DNA from: Octopus sinensis
Lineage: Eukaryota
Assembly (NCBI RefSeq): GCF_006345805.1
Contig: NW_021833782.1
Coordinates: 1 to 55,820 of the forward strand
Length of the DNA: 55,820 nucleotides
Reading direction: 5' to 3'
The position numbers and the translations under genes are program-made. Shown here piece after piece: positions 24,655-36,039 of the stretch; position 1 is the stretch's first letter, and each line of letters starts with the position of its first letter. The notes beneath the pieces were generated by a model. That model was not told the DNA's origin. It worked only from the letters and a program-made list of their open reading frames with translations, and made no database searches.

Positions 24655-27335
24655 ATGGAAAATGGACACGAAATGTGATGTCAATGATGATGATAATGAG
24701 GATGATGGAAGGCAGCAAGCTGGCAGAAACGTCAGCACGCCGGGCGGAATGCGTAGCCGTATTTCGTCTGGCGTTACGTTCTGAGTTCAAATTCCGCCGC
24801 GGTCGACTTTGCCTTTCATCCTTTTGGGGTCGATAAATCAAGTACCAGTTACGCACTGGGGTCGATGTAATCGACTTAATCCATTTGTCCCCTCTATGGA
24901 AAATGGACACGAAATATGATGTCAATGATGATGATAATGAGGATGATGGAAGGCAGCAAGCTGGCAGAAACGTCAGCACACCGGGCGGAATGCGTAGCCG
25001 TATTTCGTCTGGCATTACGTTCTGAGTTCAAATTCCGCCGCGGTCGACTTTGCCTTTCATCTTTCGGTGGTCGATAAATCAAGTACCAGTTACGCACTGG
25101 GGTCGATGTAATCGACTTAATCCATTTGTCCCCTCTATGGAAAATGGACACGAAATGTGATGTCAATGATGATGATAATGAGGATGATGGAAGGCAGCAA
25201 GCTGGCAGAAACGTCAGCACACCGGGCGGAATGCGTAGCCGTATTTCGTCTGGCGGCGTTCGTTCTGAGTTCAAATTCCGCCGCGGTCGACTTTGCCTTT
25301 CATCCTTTCGGGGTCGATAAATCAAGTACCAGTTACGCACTGGGGTCGATGTAATCTACTTAATCCATTTGTCCCCTCTATGGAAAATGACACGAAATGT
25401 GATGTCAATGATGATGATAATGAGGATGATGGAAGGCAGCAAGCTGGCAGAAACGTCAGCACACCGGGCGGAATGCGTAGCCGTATTTCGTCTGGCGTTA
25501 CGTTCTGAGTTCAAATTCCGCGCGGTCGACTTTGCCTTTCATCCTTTCGGGGTCGATAAATCAAGTACCAGTTACGCACTGGGGTCGATGTAATCGACTT
25601 AATCCATTGTCCCCTCTATGGAAAATGGACACGAAATGTGATGTCAATGATGATGATAATGAGGATGATGGAAGGCAGCAAGCTGGCAGAAACGTCAGCA
25701 CACCGGGCGGAATGCGTAGCCGTATTTCGTCTGGCGTTACGTTCTGAGTTCAAATTCCGCCGCGGTCGACTTTGCCTTCATCCTTTCGGGGTCGATAAAT
25801 CAAGTACCAGTTACGCACTGGGGTCGATGTAATCTACTTAATCCATTTGTCCCCTCTATGGAAAATGGACACGAAATGTGATGTCAATGATGATGATAAT
25901 GAGGATGATGGAAGGCAGCAAGCTGGCAGAAACGTCAGCACACCGGGCGGAATGCGTAGCCGTATTTCGTCTGGCGTTACGTTCTGAGTTCAAATTCCGC
26001 CGCGGTCGACTTTGCCTTTCATCCTTTCGGGGTCGATAAATCAAGTACCAGTTACGCACTGGGGTCGATGTAATCGACTTAATCCATTTGTCCCCTCTAT
26101 GGAAAATGGACACGAAATGTGATGTCAATGATGATGATAATGAGGATGATGGAAGGCAGCAAGCTGGCAGAAACGTCAGCACACCGGGCGGAATGCGTAG
26201 CCGTATTTCGTCTGGCGTTACGTTCTGAGTTCAAATTCCGCCGCGGTCGACTTTGCCTTTCATCCTTTCGGGGTCGATAAATCAAGTACCAGTTACGCAC
26301 TGGGGTCGATGTAATCGACTTAATCCATTTGTCCCCTCTATGGAAAATGGACACGAATGTGATGTCAATGATGATGATAATGAGGATGATGGAAGGCAGC
26401 AAGCTGGCAGAAACGTCAGCACACCGGGCGGAATGCGTAGCCGTATTTCGTCTGGCGTTACGTTCTGAGTTCAAATTCCGCCGCGCGGTCGACTTTGCTT
26501 TCATCCTTTCGGGGTCGATAAATCAAGTACCAGTTACGCACTGGGGTCGATGTAATCGACTTAATCCATTTGTCCCCTCTATGGAAAATGGACACGAATG
26601 TGATGTCAATGATGATGATAATGAGGATGATGGAAGGCAGCAAGCTGGCAGAAACGTCAGCACACCGGGCGGAATGCGTAGCCGTATTTCGTCTGGCGTT
26701 ACGTTCTGAGTTCAAATTCCGCCACGGTCGACTTTGCCTTTCATCCTTTCGGGGTCGATAAATCAAGTACCAGTTACGCACTGGGGTCGATGTAATCGAC
26801 TTAATCCATTTGTCCCCTCTATGGAAAATGGACACGAAATGTGATGTCAATGATGATGATAATGAGGATGATGGAAGGCAGCAAGCTGGCAGAAACGTCA
26901 GCACACCGGGCGGAATGCGTAGCCGTATTTCGTCTGGCGTTACGTTCTGAGTTCAAATTCCGCCGCGGTCGACTTTGCCTTTCATCCTTTCGGGGTCGAT
27001 AATCAAGTACCAGTTACGCACTGGGGTCGATGTAATCGACTTAATCCATTTGTCCCCTCTATGGAAAATGGACACGAAATGTGATGTCAATGATGATGAT
27101 AATGAGGATGATGGAAGGCAGCAAGCTGGCAGAAACGTCAGCACACCGGGCGGAATGCGTAGCCGTATTTCGTCTGGCGTTACGTTCTGAGTTCAAATTC
27201 CGCCGCGGTCGACTTTGCCTTTCATCCTTTCAGGGTCGATAAATCAAGTACCAGTTACGCACTGGGGTCGATGTAATCGACTTAATCCATTTGTCCCCTC
27301 TATGTTTATAGCCCCTTGTGGGTAATAAAGAAACG
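24655..27335 (+). repeat. Tandem array of 11 x ~241 bp units, each ~70 bp flank plus SINE-B body; only the last unit keeps the full tail
   Basis: atggaaaatg unit starts at 24655, 24896, 25137, 25380, 25618, 25858, 26099, 26340, 26581, 26821 and 27061. Final tail tatgtttatagccccttgtgggtaataaagaaac follows 27301. Confidence 0.95.
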
Positions 27336-28020
27336 GATAATGAAGATGATGATGGCGTTGTTGGTGGTGGTGGTCGTCGTTGCAGTGGTAAGTGGGCAGT
27401 GTGTGTGTTTGTAAACGGCCTCTGCATAATTTCCTGAGTATGGCCTGGTGACTCACACACCATGCTAATTGCTTGTGCAGTTGCAAGCAGACAGTGTCTT
27501 TGTCCGCTGACCTTGACCCAGCAGAACACCAAGCATACGACAGCCAGAGAGAGTGAGAGAGAGACGAGGAGTGGGGGCAGAGAGGCCGCACCAAAACTAG
27601 ACTGGTTCTTATTTACAGCCAAGTAGACTGGAATAACATTGAAATGAACTAGCCTGCTTAAGCTTAGGAATTGAACCCATAACTCTATGGTTATGAAGTC
27701 AATACTTTAACCCTTTAGTGTTCAGATTACTCTGTGAAATATAATACTTTTTCACTCAAATTGTTTTGAATTGATCATGCATTATCTTATTGCTTTGAGG
27801 TTTCAGTGATGTGATTGTTTATTTTTAGCATGACATTGTAGGTTAAGTGTGAGAGGCTAGATATCGCCAGTTTGAATGTAAAACATTTAGAATATTTGGA
27901 CCGGATATAGCCGGTTTAAACCTCTCCCTGTTCAAAGCATTTTCATAAGTTTGTCCTAAATGTCCATGTATCTTTTCAGATTTTTAGTGAGCCCTTGTTT
28001 TATATGTTCTGAGTAGTATA

Positions 28021-28993
28021 TTGGGTTGTCCGGAAAGTTCGTGCCGATTTATAGTAGCTTACCTTTCGACTTATTTTAGAACATGATTGAGTCTATAAAA
28101 TAGGCGCAGGAGTGGCTGTGTGGTAAGTAGTTTGCTTATGAACTACATGGTTCCGGGTTCAGTCCCACTGCATGGCATCTTGGGCAAATGTCTTCTACTA
28201 TAGCCTCGGGCCGACCAAAGCCTTGTGAGTGGATTTGGTAGACGGAAACTGAAAGAAGCTTGTCGTATGTATGTATATATATATATGTATGTGTGTGTGT
28301 TTGTGTGTCTGTGTTTGTCCCCCTAGCATTGCTTGACAACCGATGCTGGTGTGTTTACGTCCCCGTCACTTAGCGGTTCGGCAAAAAGAGACCGATAGAA
28401 TAAGTACTGGGCTTACAAAGAATAAGTCCCGGGGTCGATTTGCTCGACTAAAGGCGGTGCTCCAGCATGGCCGCAGTCAAATGACTGAAACAAGTAAAAG
28501 TAAAGTAAAGTAAAAGTATTTGACTACACCTCCATTTAGAGCACAGTTTAAGCTATCTTTTCGTGGAAGAAGGTTTATGTTCCTGTGTTAATTCTGTAAC
28601 CCTTTAAAATAGAAGATAAGAAAGTTCATTTTCAGCACTTGATACTTTGGGGAACCAGACAAAAATTGCTGCAGCTCAGCTGGGATGTGTTAACCCACCC
28701 TCCATATTCCCCAGATATTACTCCTTCGGATTTCCACTTATTCAGGTCTCAGCAGAATAATCTTAGTGGTAAAAATTTTAATTCCTTGGATGACGTAAAA
28801 AGATACCTTGATGAATTCTTTGCCATGAAACCACCTCAATTCTTGGAAGAGGGTATTTTCAAGTTAAAGGAAAGATGGAGACGCACTGTGCAAGAAAATG
28901 GTTCATATTTGGTTGATTAAAAATGTAATGGCACGTATTTATTGACCTTTTTCTTTCCTTTAAAAATCGGCACAAACTTTCTGGACAACACAA
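28021..28993 (+). mobile_element. Internally deleted mariner transposon (mellifera-subfamily-like)
   Basis: TIRs ttgggttgtccggaaagttcgtgccgattt / aaatcggcacaaactttctggacaacacaa with TA on both sides. Residual peptide IEDKKVHFQHLILW fused in frame to TRQKLLQLSWDVLTHPPYSPDITPSDFHLFRS...LVD-stop (28609-28920). Confidence 0.9.
28101..28515 (+). mobile_element. SINE-A inserted in the mariner 5' region
   Basis: Full-length family copy. Confidence 0.85.
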
Positions 28994-29261
28994 TAAAAGT
29001 TTTCTTTTCCTAAGTCACAAGATACTCTGATGGTTGAAGCCATTGGGAATGTCTATCATATATGACGCATGAACACCAGGAATATATGTCTTGCGTATCA
29101 CCTGTAATAACATAGGATAACGAAAGGGTTAAAGTGATCCAAATGAAAACCTTCCATGAAAATTTACCAAAAATTTCATACTAGTTTATGTCCCAAACAC
29201 CAGCTTAATAACGACAAAGTTATTTTAATAAATCCTTCATTATTTTCAAAATTAATTGAAG

Positions 29262-29335
29262 GGATCTTTTCCTTTTGATAGACAGAATTCAACCCTGGGT
29301 TGAATTCTGTCTGTCAAAAGGAAAAGATCCGATCC
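29262..29335. mobile_element. Minimal palindromic MITE (34 bp arms, 1 nt loop), Merlin-like
   Basis: Arms 29262-29295 and 29297-29330 are complementary with one G.T mismatch, followed by an extra gatcc. Exact 8 bp TSD aattgaag (29254-29261 and 29336-29343). TIR begins GGATC. Confidence 0.75.
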
Positions 29336-29611
29336 AATTGAAGCAATGACAGTGTATTTCAACAAAAATATGGTCACAAAAGGATTAACCATTTGCCTGT
29401 CCAAATCTTTTGAAGTTGGTACTAAACGTCCATGTTTGTTTTCAGACGTTTAGTTTGTCCTTGTTTCAGAGTAATTAAAAGCTTTCCTCTCAAGTTATAC
29501 TGGTGGTTGAAAAAAAAAATTGGGAATGTGTATCATATATGTTGCATCTATATCAGGGAATTATGTTCTGTGTATCAGATGTGATATAAAAGACGTGCAA
29601 AATGTTGACTC

Positions 29612-30045
29612 GGATCTTTTCCTTTTGAACGGCATATGTCAACACAATTTCTAGTTAACTAAACACTTTTAAACTTCATATACTGGTAGAATGTGTTTAT
29701 AAAACATCATTTTTTTCTTGGCTTTCTTGAGAAAATTCTATAGTTTGTAAGATATTTCCACTTTAAAATCGAGTATTTCGGCAATTTTAACCAATCGCTG
29801 ACCTCCATTTAGGTAAACAACATTTCGTGCTGTATGAATATGTCCCTCCTTTAAGAAACAGATTGAGTTTACTCTTTACTCTTTTACTCTTTTACTTGTT
29901 TCAGCCATTTGACTCGACCCCGGGACTTATTCTTTTTGTAAGCCCAGTACTTATTCTATCGGTCTCTTTTTGCCGAACCGCTAAGTGACGGGGACGTAAA
30001 CACACCAGCATCGGTTGTCAAGCAATGCTAGGGGAACAAACACAG

Positions 30046-30087
<42 letters not shown>

Positions 30088-30361
30088 GACAGGCTTCTTT
30101 CAGTTTCCGTCTACCAAATCCACTCACAAGGCATTGGTCGGCCCGGGGCTATAGCAGAAGACACTTGCCCAAGATGCCACGTAGTGGGACTGAACCTGGA
30201 ACCATGTGGCTGGTTAGCAAGCTACTTACCACACAGCCACTCCTGCGCCTATTTACATTTGCGAAGAAAAAGAAGATACCCTTCCCCCACCCCTAACCCT
30301 AATTCTACCAGTATACGAAATTTAATTGTGTTGAAAACTGCCATTCAAATGGAAAAGATCC
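29612..30361. mobile_element. Merlin-like MITE containing an antisense SINE-A (~29868-30251)
   Basis: TIRs ggatcttttccttttgaacggca / tgccattcaaatggaaaagatcc. Exact 8 bp TSD gttgactc (29604-29611 and 30362-30369). GG-starting TIR plus 8 bp TSD fits Merlin. Confidence 0.75.
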
Positions 30362-30514
30362 GTTGACTCCAAGGTCGTGTTCCCTCAGGATAGACTGTAG
30401 GTGTTAGTAAAACAGATTGTCGAACAAATGGCCTTATGTTCAACACACACCATCAGTAATTATCAATTAAATTACTGATGTGATTATTATAAGAAATTAT
30501 GTGAATAATATGTC

Positions 30515-30683
30515 GACAGGAGTGGCTGTGTGGTAAGTAGCTTGCTAACCAACCAAATGGTTCTGGGTTCAGTCCCACTGCGTGGCATATTGGGCAAGTG
30601 CTTTCTGCTATAGCCCCGGGCCGACCAATGCCTTGTGAGTGGATTTGGTAGACGGAAACTGAAAGAAGCCTGTCGTATATATG

Positions 30684-30714
<31 letters not shown>

Positions 30715-30930
30715 GTATGTTTGTGTGTCTGTGTTTGTCCCCCTAGCTTTGCTTGACAACCGATGCTGGTGTGTTTACGTCCCCGTCACTTAGCGGTTCG
30801 GCAAAAGATCCCCGATAGAATAAGTACTGGGCTTACAAAGAATAAGTCCCGGGGTCGATTTGCTCGACTAAAGGTGGTGCTCCAGCATGGCCGCAGTCAA
30901 ATGACTGAAACAAGTAAAAGAGTAAAAGAG
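30515..30930 (+). mobile_element. SINE-A
   Basis: Full-length family copy. Confidence 0.85.
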
Positions 30931-31927
30931 AGTGATATACTTACATTATCAGACTCGGCCTTTCTCTTACTCCCCCCCTACTCTCGCTCTCTTTCGTCCT
31001 CTCTCTCTCTCTCTCTTTCTGTCTCTCTCTCATAGTCATACTCCCTATCTAACCTTTCTGCTTTCTGTTAATACAACCCAAGGCAAAAAAATATGAACGA
31101 AAGCGAGAGCTTTCTAAAATTTGAACAAAGTCCACCCAAAACATTCATGTAATATTTTTTCCACCTTTCCCCCATCAAACTCTTTACGTTTTACGTTATC
31201 TTCGCTTCCCTTCGTACTTTGCACACCTCCACCACCACCACCACCACCACCACCATCTCGAAATGAACCATCTAAATAAAATAGCTATAAGGAACAGTGA
31301 TGGTAATAAAATTTGAACAAAGTCCACTCAAAACACTCATAATATTTTTGACATTTCTTCTCTTTCACTAAAACTCTTACTTTTTTTCTGTTATCTCTGC
31401 ACCCCACACGACATTCCTCCCCCACCCCCAGCCGCTCCGTTTTAAAGTATGTATACACTAAAGCCTCTAAAATGGCATTGACAGAATGTTTGGGTACCAA
31501 AATTTGAACAAAGTCCACTTAAAATACTGCTAATACCGTCCTAACATTTTCATTTCCTTGCTAGAACAATGCTTTTTATTGTATTGTTGTCGTTGTTCTT
31601 GTTACTGTCATCGTCGCCGTCGTCGACGCCGCCATCATGGGTGTAGTTGAATTGAAGTGGTGTGGTGGATGAGCTCCTTAGAATTATCAAGAGCAGAGAA
31701 GTGGTTGGATCGGTGGTCGGTTGTCTGTCAGACAAGTGTCATCTTAAGGCTTGTAACACATTGAGCAGTTGATCTGTTGGGAATGGCACAGGTCTTGGGA
31801 CACAATTCTAATCAATGTTTACTGTCAATAAATGCAATAAGGCGCCATTGCTCTGATTTACCCGGGGTGGTGAGGGACCCAGCGTCCTACTTAGACGGCA
31901 CAGCAGTCAGAATTAATATATTTACTA

Positions 31928-32420
31928 CTAGCAGTATCGCCCGGCGTTGCTCGGGTTTGTAAGGGAAATAACTATGAAGCATTTTTAGAGAGTTATAGCC
32001 AAAAAATAGCAAAAAAAAATGCATTAAAAATGGAAAAAATATGATGGTAAATGTTTTTTAAATCGTTGACTCATCGTAGACATTTTTAGAGAGTTACTTC
32101 CCTTATATTTAAAAAATATGCATTAAAATGGAAAAAATATGATGGTAAATGTTTTTTAAATCGTTGACTCATCGTAGACATTTTTAGAGAGTTACTTCCC
32201 TTATATTTAAAAAATATGCATTAAAATGGAAAAAAATGATGGTAAATTATTTTTTAAATCGTAGACTCATCGTAGATGCGCGCTAATACCCAGATGGGCT
32301 CGATATGAATCACGACTATAAGATACCCGGTTTTGGTTAAACTGCACCGTAAAATGTGGGAGTAGTTAGGAATCTAAATCGGAGTAGACAGACACACAAC
32401 CTTACTTTTATATATAAAGA
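31928..32420 (-). mobile_element. Non-autonomous Helitron, same family as 24031-24427, with an extra ~96 bp internal unit
   Basis: Same A|TC...CTAG|T termini and hairpin. Three rather than two gcattaaaatggaaaaa...gactcatcgtagac units. Confidence 0.8.
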
Positions 32421-32831
32421 TTAAGGATCATCTTTCAATGTCCTTGGATAGCAAATTACTTTTCGTCTGACTTTTTTCTTCTCACCAGTAATAGTAGCAA
32501 TAGTTGTTTCTCTGGCAGTGATGGCGGTGGCAATGTTGTGTAACTTCCATGGACAGCTTTGACCCAGGGTCACTGCAGGAGTGACTCGGATAACTTGGGT
32601 AAGTAGCTTGCTAACGAACCACTTGGTTCCGGGTTCAGTCCCACTGCATGGTAAGTGTCTTCTACTCTAGCCTCGGGCCACCAAAACCTTGTGAGTGGAT
32701 TTGGTAGACAGAAACTGAAAGAAACCCGTCGTATATATGTGTGTGTGTGTATATATATATACATATATATATATACATACATATATATATATATGTATAT
32801 ATACTTTATTTTAAGCAGCAGAAAATTCAAC

Positions 32832-32879
32832 AAAATCTGTTACTCTGAGTTTCTCGTTGCCGTTCATCAGACAGTTTTT
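32832..32879 (-). ncRNA. Minimal type I hammerhead ribozyme, family 1
   Basis: Minus strand: aaaaacugu CUGAUGA a-cg-gcaa-cg-a GAAAC ucaga GUA acagauuuu. Stem I has one mismatch; stem III is near-palindromic (acuc-a-gagu). Confidence 0.75.
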
Positions 32880-33596
32880 GCTAGAATGGAACCGATATAT
32901 CAATTCAATCTAGACTCTTACAAACGCTACACCTTTAAAAAAAATGGACTTGTTTGATTGGCCCTTTAGAAAAAACGGTCAATCTGCGAGCGATAAACAA
33001 AAAGGTCAAAAATATATGTATATATATATATATATATAAAAACTTATAAAAATTATAAAATCCGAGGAAAAAACCTTACATTGAATAAAATACATATTGA
33101 CGTTAATGAAGAAAGTATAAATTAATGCATAGAAATTAAACCTGTTATAAATATTACACTGCAATACATATTTATATTAAAATGTACATATATATATCAA
33201 CATACACAGAAGGATGCGTGCAAACGCCATACATATACAGACGTATAAATATAAATCTAAATATACACATAAATGCATGCGTACATATATTCACGCAAAC
33301 CATCTTGCACGCAAGTTAAAATCATCTATGTAGCGATTCTCATATACTGAGTAAGGGGGGGGGTGACGAAAGAAAGGAAGAGAGAGAAAAAGGAACGAAG
33401 GAGGGGTGGGGAAAAAACGAAATAAGAAAAAATTATGTATACAAGCTGTGTAACGGCATTATTGACATATATGGAGACAAGTATACAAATACACAAGTTC
33501 GAATGGATACATATACATACAGTCGTGTATATGTGTATATATATATATTATATATATATGTATATATACTTTATTTTAAGCAGCAGAAAATTCAAC

Positions 33597-33644
33597 AAAA
33601 TCTGTTACTCTGAGTTTCTCGTTGCCGTTCATCAGACAGTTTTT
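33597..33644 (-). ncRNA. Minimal type I hammerhead ribozyme, family 1 (second tandem copy)
   Basis: Identical to 32832-32879, offset 765 bp. Confidence 0.75.
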
Positions 33645-34287
33645 GCTAGAATGGAACCGATATATCAATTCAATCTAGACTCTTACAAACGCTACACCTT
33701 TAAAAAAAATGGACTTGTTTGATTGCCCTTTAGAAAAAACGGTCAATCTGCGAGCGATAAACAAAAAGGTCAAAAATATATGTATATATATATATATATA
33801 TAAAAACTTATAAAAATTATAAAATCCGAGGAAAAAACCTTACATTGAATAAAATACATATTGACGTAATGAAGAAAGTATAAATTAATGCATAGAAATT
33901 AAACCTGTTATAAATATTACACTGCAATACATATTTATATTAAAATGTACATATATATATCAACATACACAGAAGGATGCGTGCAAACGCCATACATATA
34001 CAGACGTATAAATATAAATCTAAATATACACATAAATGCATGCGTACATATATTCACGCAAACCATCTTGCACGCAATTTAAAATCATCTATGTAGCGAT
34101 TCTCATATACTGAGTAAGGGGGGGGGTGACGAAAGAAAGGAAGAGAGAGAAAAAGGAACGAAGGAGGGGTGGGGAAAAAACGAAATAAGAAAAAATTATG
34201 TATACAAGCTGTGTAACGGCATTATTGACATATATGGAGACAAGTATACAAATACACAAGTTCGAATGGATACATATACATACAGTC

Positions 34288-34358
<71 letters not shown>

Positions 34359-34589
34359 GTTGTATGTGTATATGTTTGTGTGTCTGTGCCCCCCCCCCCC
34401 AAATCGCTTGACAACCGATGCTGGTGTGTTTACGTCCCCGAAACTTAGCAGTTCGGCAAAAGAGACCGATAGAATAAGTAAGTAGTAGGCTGACAAAGAA
34501 TAAGTCCTGGGATTGATTTGCTCGACTAAAGGCGGTGCTCCTGCATGGCCGCAGTCAAATGACTGAAACAAGTAAAAGAGTAAAAGAGT

Positions 34590-35810
34590 ATTTCACACAA
34601 GTTAATGCCATGTCACGGGTCAGTAAACTTTAAGTCATTGACGTCCTTCATGGAATCATTGATATACTTATCAAATCTCAACTAGTAAATTTCTCTAAAA
34701 GAAAGCAAATAATAAAATAAAATAGCTGGATAGGTAAATAGGGCAAACATTCGATATGATTGCCGTAAATAGGTATGTAGGTAAACATAGGCGCAGGAGT
34801 GGCTGTGTGGTAAGTAGCTTGTTTACCAGCCACATGGTTCCGGGTTCAGTCCCACTGCGTGGCACCTTGGGCAAGTGTCTTCTACTATAGCCTCGGGCCG
34901 ACCAAAGCCTTGTGAGTGGATTTGGTAGATGGAAACTGAAAGAAGCCCGTCGTATATATGTATATATATATATGCGTGTGTGTGTTTGTGTGAGTGTGTT
35001 TGTCCCCCCTAGCATTGCTTGACAACCGATGCTGGTGTGTTTATGTCCCCGTTACTTAGCGGTTCGGCAAAAGAGATCGATAGAATAAGTACTGGGCTTA
35101 CAAAAGAATAAGTCCCGGGGTCGAGTTGCTCGATTAAAGGCGGTGCTCCAGCATGGCCGCAGTCAAATGACTGAAACAAGTAAAAGAGTAAAAGAGTATT
35201 TCACACAAGTTAATGCCATGTCACGGGTCAGTAAACTTTAAGTCATTGACGTCCTTCATGGAATCATTGATATACTTATCAAATCTCAACTAGTAAATTT
35301 CTCTAAAAGAAAGCAAATAATAAAATAAAATAGCTGGATAGGTAAATAGGGCAAACATTCGATATGAATTGCCGTAAATAGGTATGTAGGTAAACATAGG
35401 CGCAGGAGTGGCTGTGTGGTAAGTAGTGTTTACCAGCCACATGGTTCCGGGTTCAGTCCCACTGCGTGGCACCTGGGGGCAAGTGTCTTCTACTATAGCC
35501 TCGGGCCGACCAAAGCCTTGTGAGTGGATTTGGTAGATGGAAACTGAAAGAAGCCCGTCGTATATATGTAATATTATATATGCGTGTGTGTGTTTGTGTG
35601 AGTGTGTTTGTCCCCCCTAGCATTGCTTGACAACCGATGCTGGTGTGTTTTTTTATGTCCCAGTTACTTAGCGGTTCGGCAAAAGAGATCGATAGAATAA
35701 GTACTGGGCTTACAAAAGAATAAGTCCCGGGGTCGAGTTGCTCGATTAAAGGCGGTGCTCCAGCATGGCCGCAGTCAAATGACTGAAACAAGTAAAAGAG
35801 TAAAAGAGTA
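34590..35810 (+). repeat. ~609 bp tandem duplication (200 bp unique + SINE-A)
   Basis: tttcacacaagttaatgccatgtcacgggtcag... at ~34590 and ~35199. Each is followed by a full SINE-A (34788-35198, 35398-35810). Breakpoints fall in SINE-A tails. Confidence 0.85.
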
Positions 35811-36039
35811 TATAGATACATGGGTAGGTGGGTAAATAGGTCCATAGGTAATACGGACAGGGAAGCACGCCATATATACATACGCATACACACAAAGACA
35901 CACATTTATATGTAACAGACGCACGTAAGTAATCATCACACAAACTCTTACACATAGACACACGCAACAGAGATAAACACTCAAATACGCACGCATACAC
36001 ATGCATACTTACACAAACACATGGATATGCACAATACAT

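Larger units (their letters stand above)
32803..34330 (-). mobile_element. Two tandem 765 bp Penelope-like terminal repeats, each with a hammerhead, inserted in the linker of a SINE-A (head ~32575-32745, tail ~34360-34590)
   Basis: Block 32803-33567 is repeated at 33568-~34330. On the minus strand each unit ends hammerhead-gttgaattttctgctgcttaaaataaagt. Confidence 0.7.

Noticed and set aside
24655-27335. CRISPR-like or tandem tRNA gene array
   Set aside because: Units are whole-length repeats with no unique spacers. The heads are SINE tRNA-like regions without a full cloverleaf, and the context is eukaryotic.
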